A stretch of 64,000 nt of DNA, taken from Marsupella aquatica. Taxonomy: Eukaryota; Plantae; Marchantiophyta. The DNA lies in the NCBI GenBank assembly GCA_973895155.1, contig OZ316893.1, positions 25,409,520-25,473,519 on the forward strand, written 5' to 3'. Both the position numbers and the translations under genes were made by a program. This document shows, in pieces, positions 61,601 through 64,000 of the stretch. The notes beneath the pieces are model-generated. The model was not told the DNA's origin. It saw only the letters and a program-made list of their open reading frames with translations, and searched no databases. Every line of letters begins with the position of its first letter. Positions within the stretch are counted from its first letter, which is position 1.

Positions 61601-64000
61601 GCAAGCGGCGTCAACTCCAAGGGCGCTGATGCAGTCGTAGTACTTATTTTCCATTTCTAGTAGATACCTGTAGATTGAATTTGTGTAGTGTTTATGCCGT
61701 TTTGCATAAGGTTTACTGAACACGAATATGGCAGATCGCAGAGGATTATTCAAAAGCACTTTTTCTGATCCGCTTGCCAGGATACTGTCCAAGTAAGAAC
61801 CTCTACTCAAATCGAGTTAATGCGAAAGCATTTGTAGATTGTTTTGCAGTTGAATGGATGATTTTAGAGTTCTCGAGAGGATTCTCTACAGCTCGTGGCG
61901 GTATCTCGTCATCTCTAAACATAGGTTGCCATTTTCTCATAGTTTATAGTTCACATTGCTTTTCAAAGCAGTGGTCTCCAAATATATCAACCTAAAGACT
62001 ATGTGCAAATATTGCGTGAGGATCATCTGCAGAATCTCGTGGTTTGTCATTGTCCATCACCAAACTTTTGGATCATCAAAGAAATGCTCCGTTATTGTAA
62101 AATTGTTTTTGCAGTGCCAGCATTCAAGGATGTTATTGATGTGCCTCTTGTTGTAAGAGATGTGCGTAAAAGTCGCCAACAGGTACGTGCCTTACATATT
62201 TAAGAATGATCCGAAGGCAACACAGCCTCACTGCCACCAGTGCTGATAATGTCAAATACTCTGTAACCACGTTTCCAGTTCTTCCAACAAGTGTATTATA
62301 CTCATTAGCCGTCCAATTGATGGATGAGAGAAAGGCTATGAAAGCTCCCATATGTTCCATTTCAAAGAATCTGCTTTGTTTTGGCTAGCCCGCGTCAAAT
62401 ACAATCTGCATTTATTTTACTTTGATGATCTCATCAAACAGGTTCGGGAGGAGTTAAGAATTGCTGAAGACGAAAAGATTCTCCTCTTCAACTTTGGAGG
62501 ACAGGTTGTGACTCTTTTACCAACCTGTCTGAGTATTAAGAATCGATGCTCTTTCCTGTTCTGATTGCACTAGCCCTCGTCAAGTCTGACTATTGAGCAG
62601 ACAGCCCAGAGAGTCTTTAGTTCTAATTTCTTGCAAATGTCATCTTGTATGTGCACGATGTCTACGCTGATGGATCCACAAAAGCGCACAAGTGTGCTGT
62701 TTTGTAATTACTCAAGAGGCAACTATCTGTCAGCTGGTGGACCATGAAAAATTTAGTGATTCGTCAATACTCGAGCTCTCCTGGAGGCAAGAACTTTGTA
62801 ACTAACGATTGAGTGTTGGGGTTTCAAGGACGCCAAGTGGTCTTTGAAAGAAGATTATCTTCCAGCCGGCTGGAAATGCTTGGTAAGTCAGTCTTCTTTG
62901 TGTTTCTCTATCGATGTTATACTCTACCACCTTGTCTGCATAGTAGAAATACCCTTCATCGAGCCTCAACTGGTTATCGAGTCGCTCCTGCTGTCGTGTA
63001 TACTCGACTACATTGCATCTAGGAGTGCATACTGCGTTTTGCTGATGGGATCGTTGTTCATCTTATCACGGAAGGTATGTGGTGCACCTGCAGAACAACA
63101 GCTTGCCTCCAACTTCGTGCGTATGGACCGTGATGTTTATACCCCAGATCTTATTGCAGCCAGTGACTGCATGCTTGGTACGAATTAGCTGACTGGAGCT
63201 TCTAGATTTGAAAGTTCAATGGCCATAACCATTTGATTCGGTTGAGTGATTTGCTTTATGTGATGAATTGAAATGCATTTATCCTTGTCCTGTGAAGAGA
63301 TTTAGTTACTGGGACACCAATATGCTTCCTGCAGGAAAAATAGGCTATGGTACTGTCAGTGAAGCACTGGCCTACAAGGTGCCCTTAGTGTTTGTCCGCC
63401 GTGATTACTTCAATGAGGAGCCATTTCTCAGAAAAGTATTGGAGGTAAATTTGCACGACATATCTTCACCCTCTGAACTTGCCGTGTGACTTTAACAATT
63501 ATTTGACAGTAACTGAATCGCAAGTATAACATTTCAGATTGAAGTTATGTTCCTCTCCAAGCTAGGGATGAATATCAGAAGGATCTCTCTGTTCAAAGTC
63601 CTGAGCTTCGTTTGTGACCTTGTAACAGTCTTATCGGGGTGGAGTGGAGATGTCACGTCGGGATTTCTTTTCTGGGACATGGGGACCATTTTTACGACGA
63701 GCTGTAGCCCTACGGCCGTGCTACATTGGTGAAGTCAATGGTGGCAAGGTTGTCTTTCGTTCTAATCAATAATTTGCTCAAGTCAAACCTCATCATCCAC
63801 AACTGGGATGTCCATCCTGTTTGCGTATGTTGCCACAATGGCTGCTTCCCTTTCAGTTTCACATACGTTTTCGCATTATACTATTTACTTCCGAAGTCAC
63901 CTAATGTTTCACTTCGTAGTTTTCAATGCCTGAAAGAATATTGATAAAAAGAAATTTGGTCTGGGTAATGCAGGTTGCAGCGAAAATTTTACAAGATGCT
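58641..64000 (+). CDS. ARA1: L-arabinokinase, 5' part (N-terminal glycosyltransferase-like domain), partial; exons 58641-58745, 59695-59802, 59950-60018, 60726-60809, 61037-61113, 61367-61433, 61735-61792, 62115-62182, 62442-62504, 62829-62882, 63075-63177, 63335-63444, 63629-63748, 63974->64000
   Basis: YYVTGHGFGHATRVVE, VLLDCGAVQTDALTVDRL, VSDIVPIAC, VSNFSWDFIYSEY, IRLPGYCPMPAF, FNFGGQ, YTPDLIAASDCMLGKIGYGTVSEALAYKVPLVFVRRDYFNEEPFLR. All 13 introns are GT-AG with consistent phases. Confidence 0.95.

Overview
Eukaryotic land-plant nuclear DNA (spliced genes with GT-AG introns, many MITEs; a non-seed plant is a guess, not shown). There are three host genes. (1) An intact D6PK-like AGCVIII/AGC1 kinase (minus strand, 2 coding exons, about 589 aa). 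(2) An intact mitochondrial-type ribosomal protein uL13 (minus strand, 4 exons, 166 aa). (3) The first 14 exons of L-arabinokinase ARA1 (plus strand, running off the window). The main accessory feature is a 6,657-bp decayed PIF/Harbinger-superfamily DNA transposon at 50722-57378. It has 17-bp TIRs and an unusual AAT target duplication. It carries a DDE nuclease, an opposite-strand Myb/SANT-like ORF and two extra degenerate ORFs, one with an HTH-like motif. It is itself hit twice by the same 287-bp MITE at similar target contexts. A 382-bp non-autonomous relative (ATT TSD) and a solo TIR support the AWT target rule. Each host gene has its own tandem-repeat array just upstream, and two of these arrays lose CpG with distance from the gene. 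Also present: a pogo/Tc1-like element, Tourist- and Mutator-like MITEs, probable LTR remnants, microsatellites, orphan CpG-rich islands and decayed coding-like segments I cannot identify. All calls are by eye; no searches were run.
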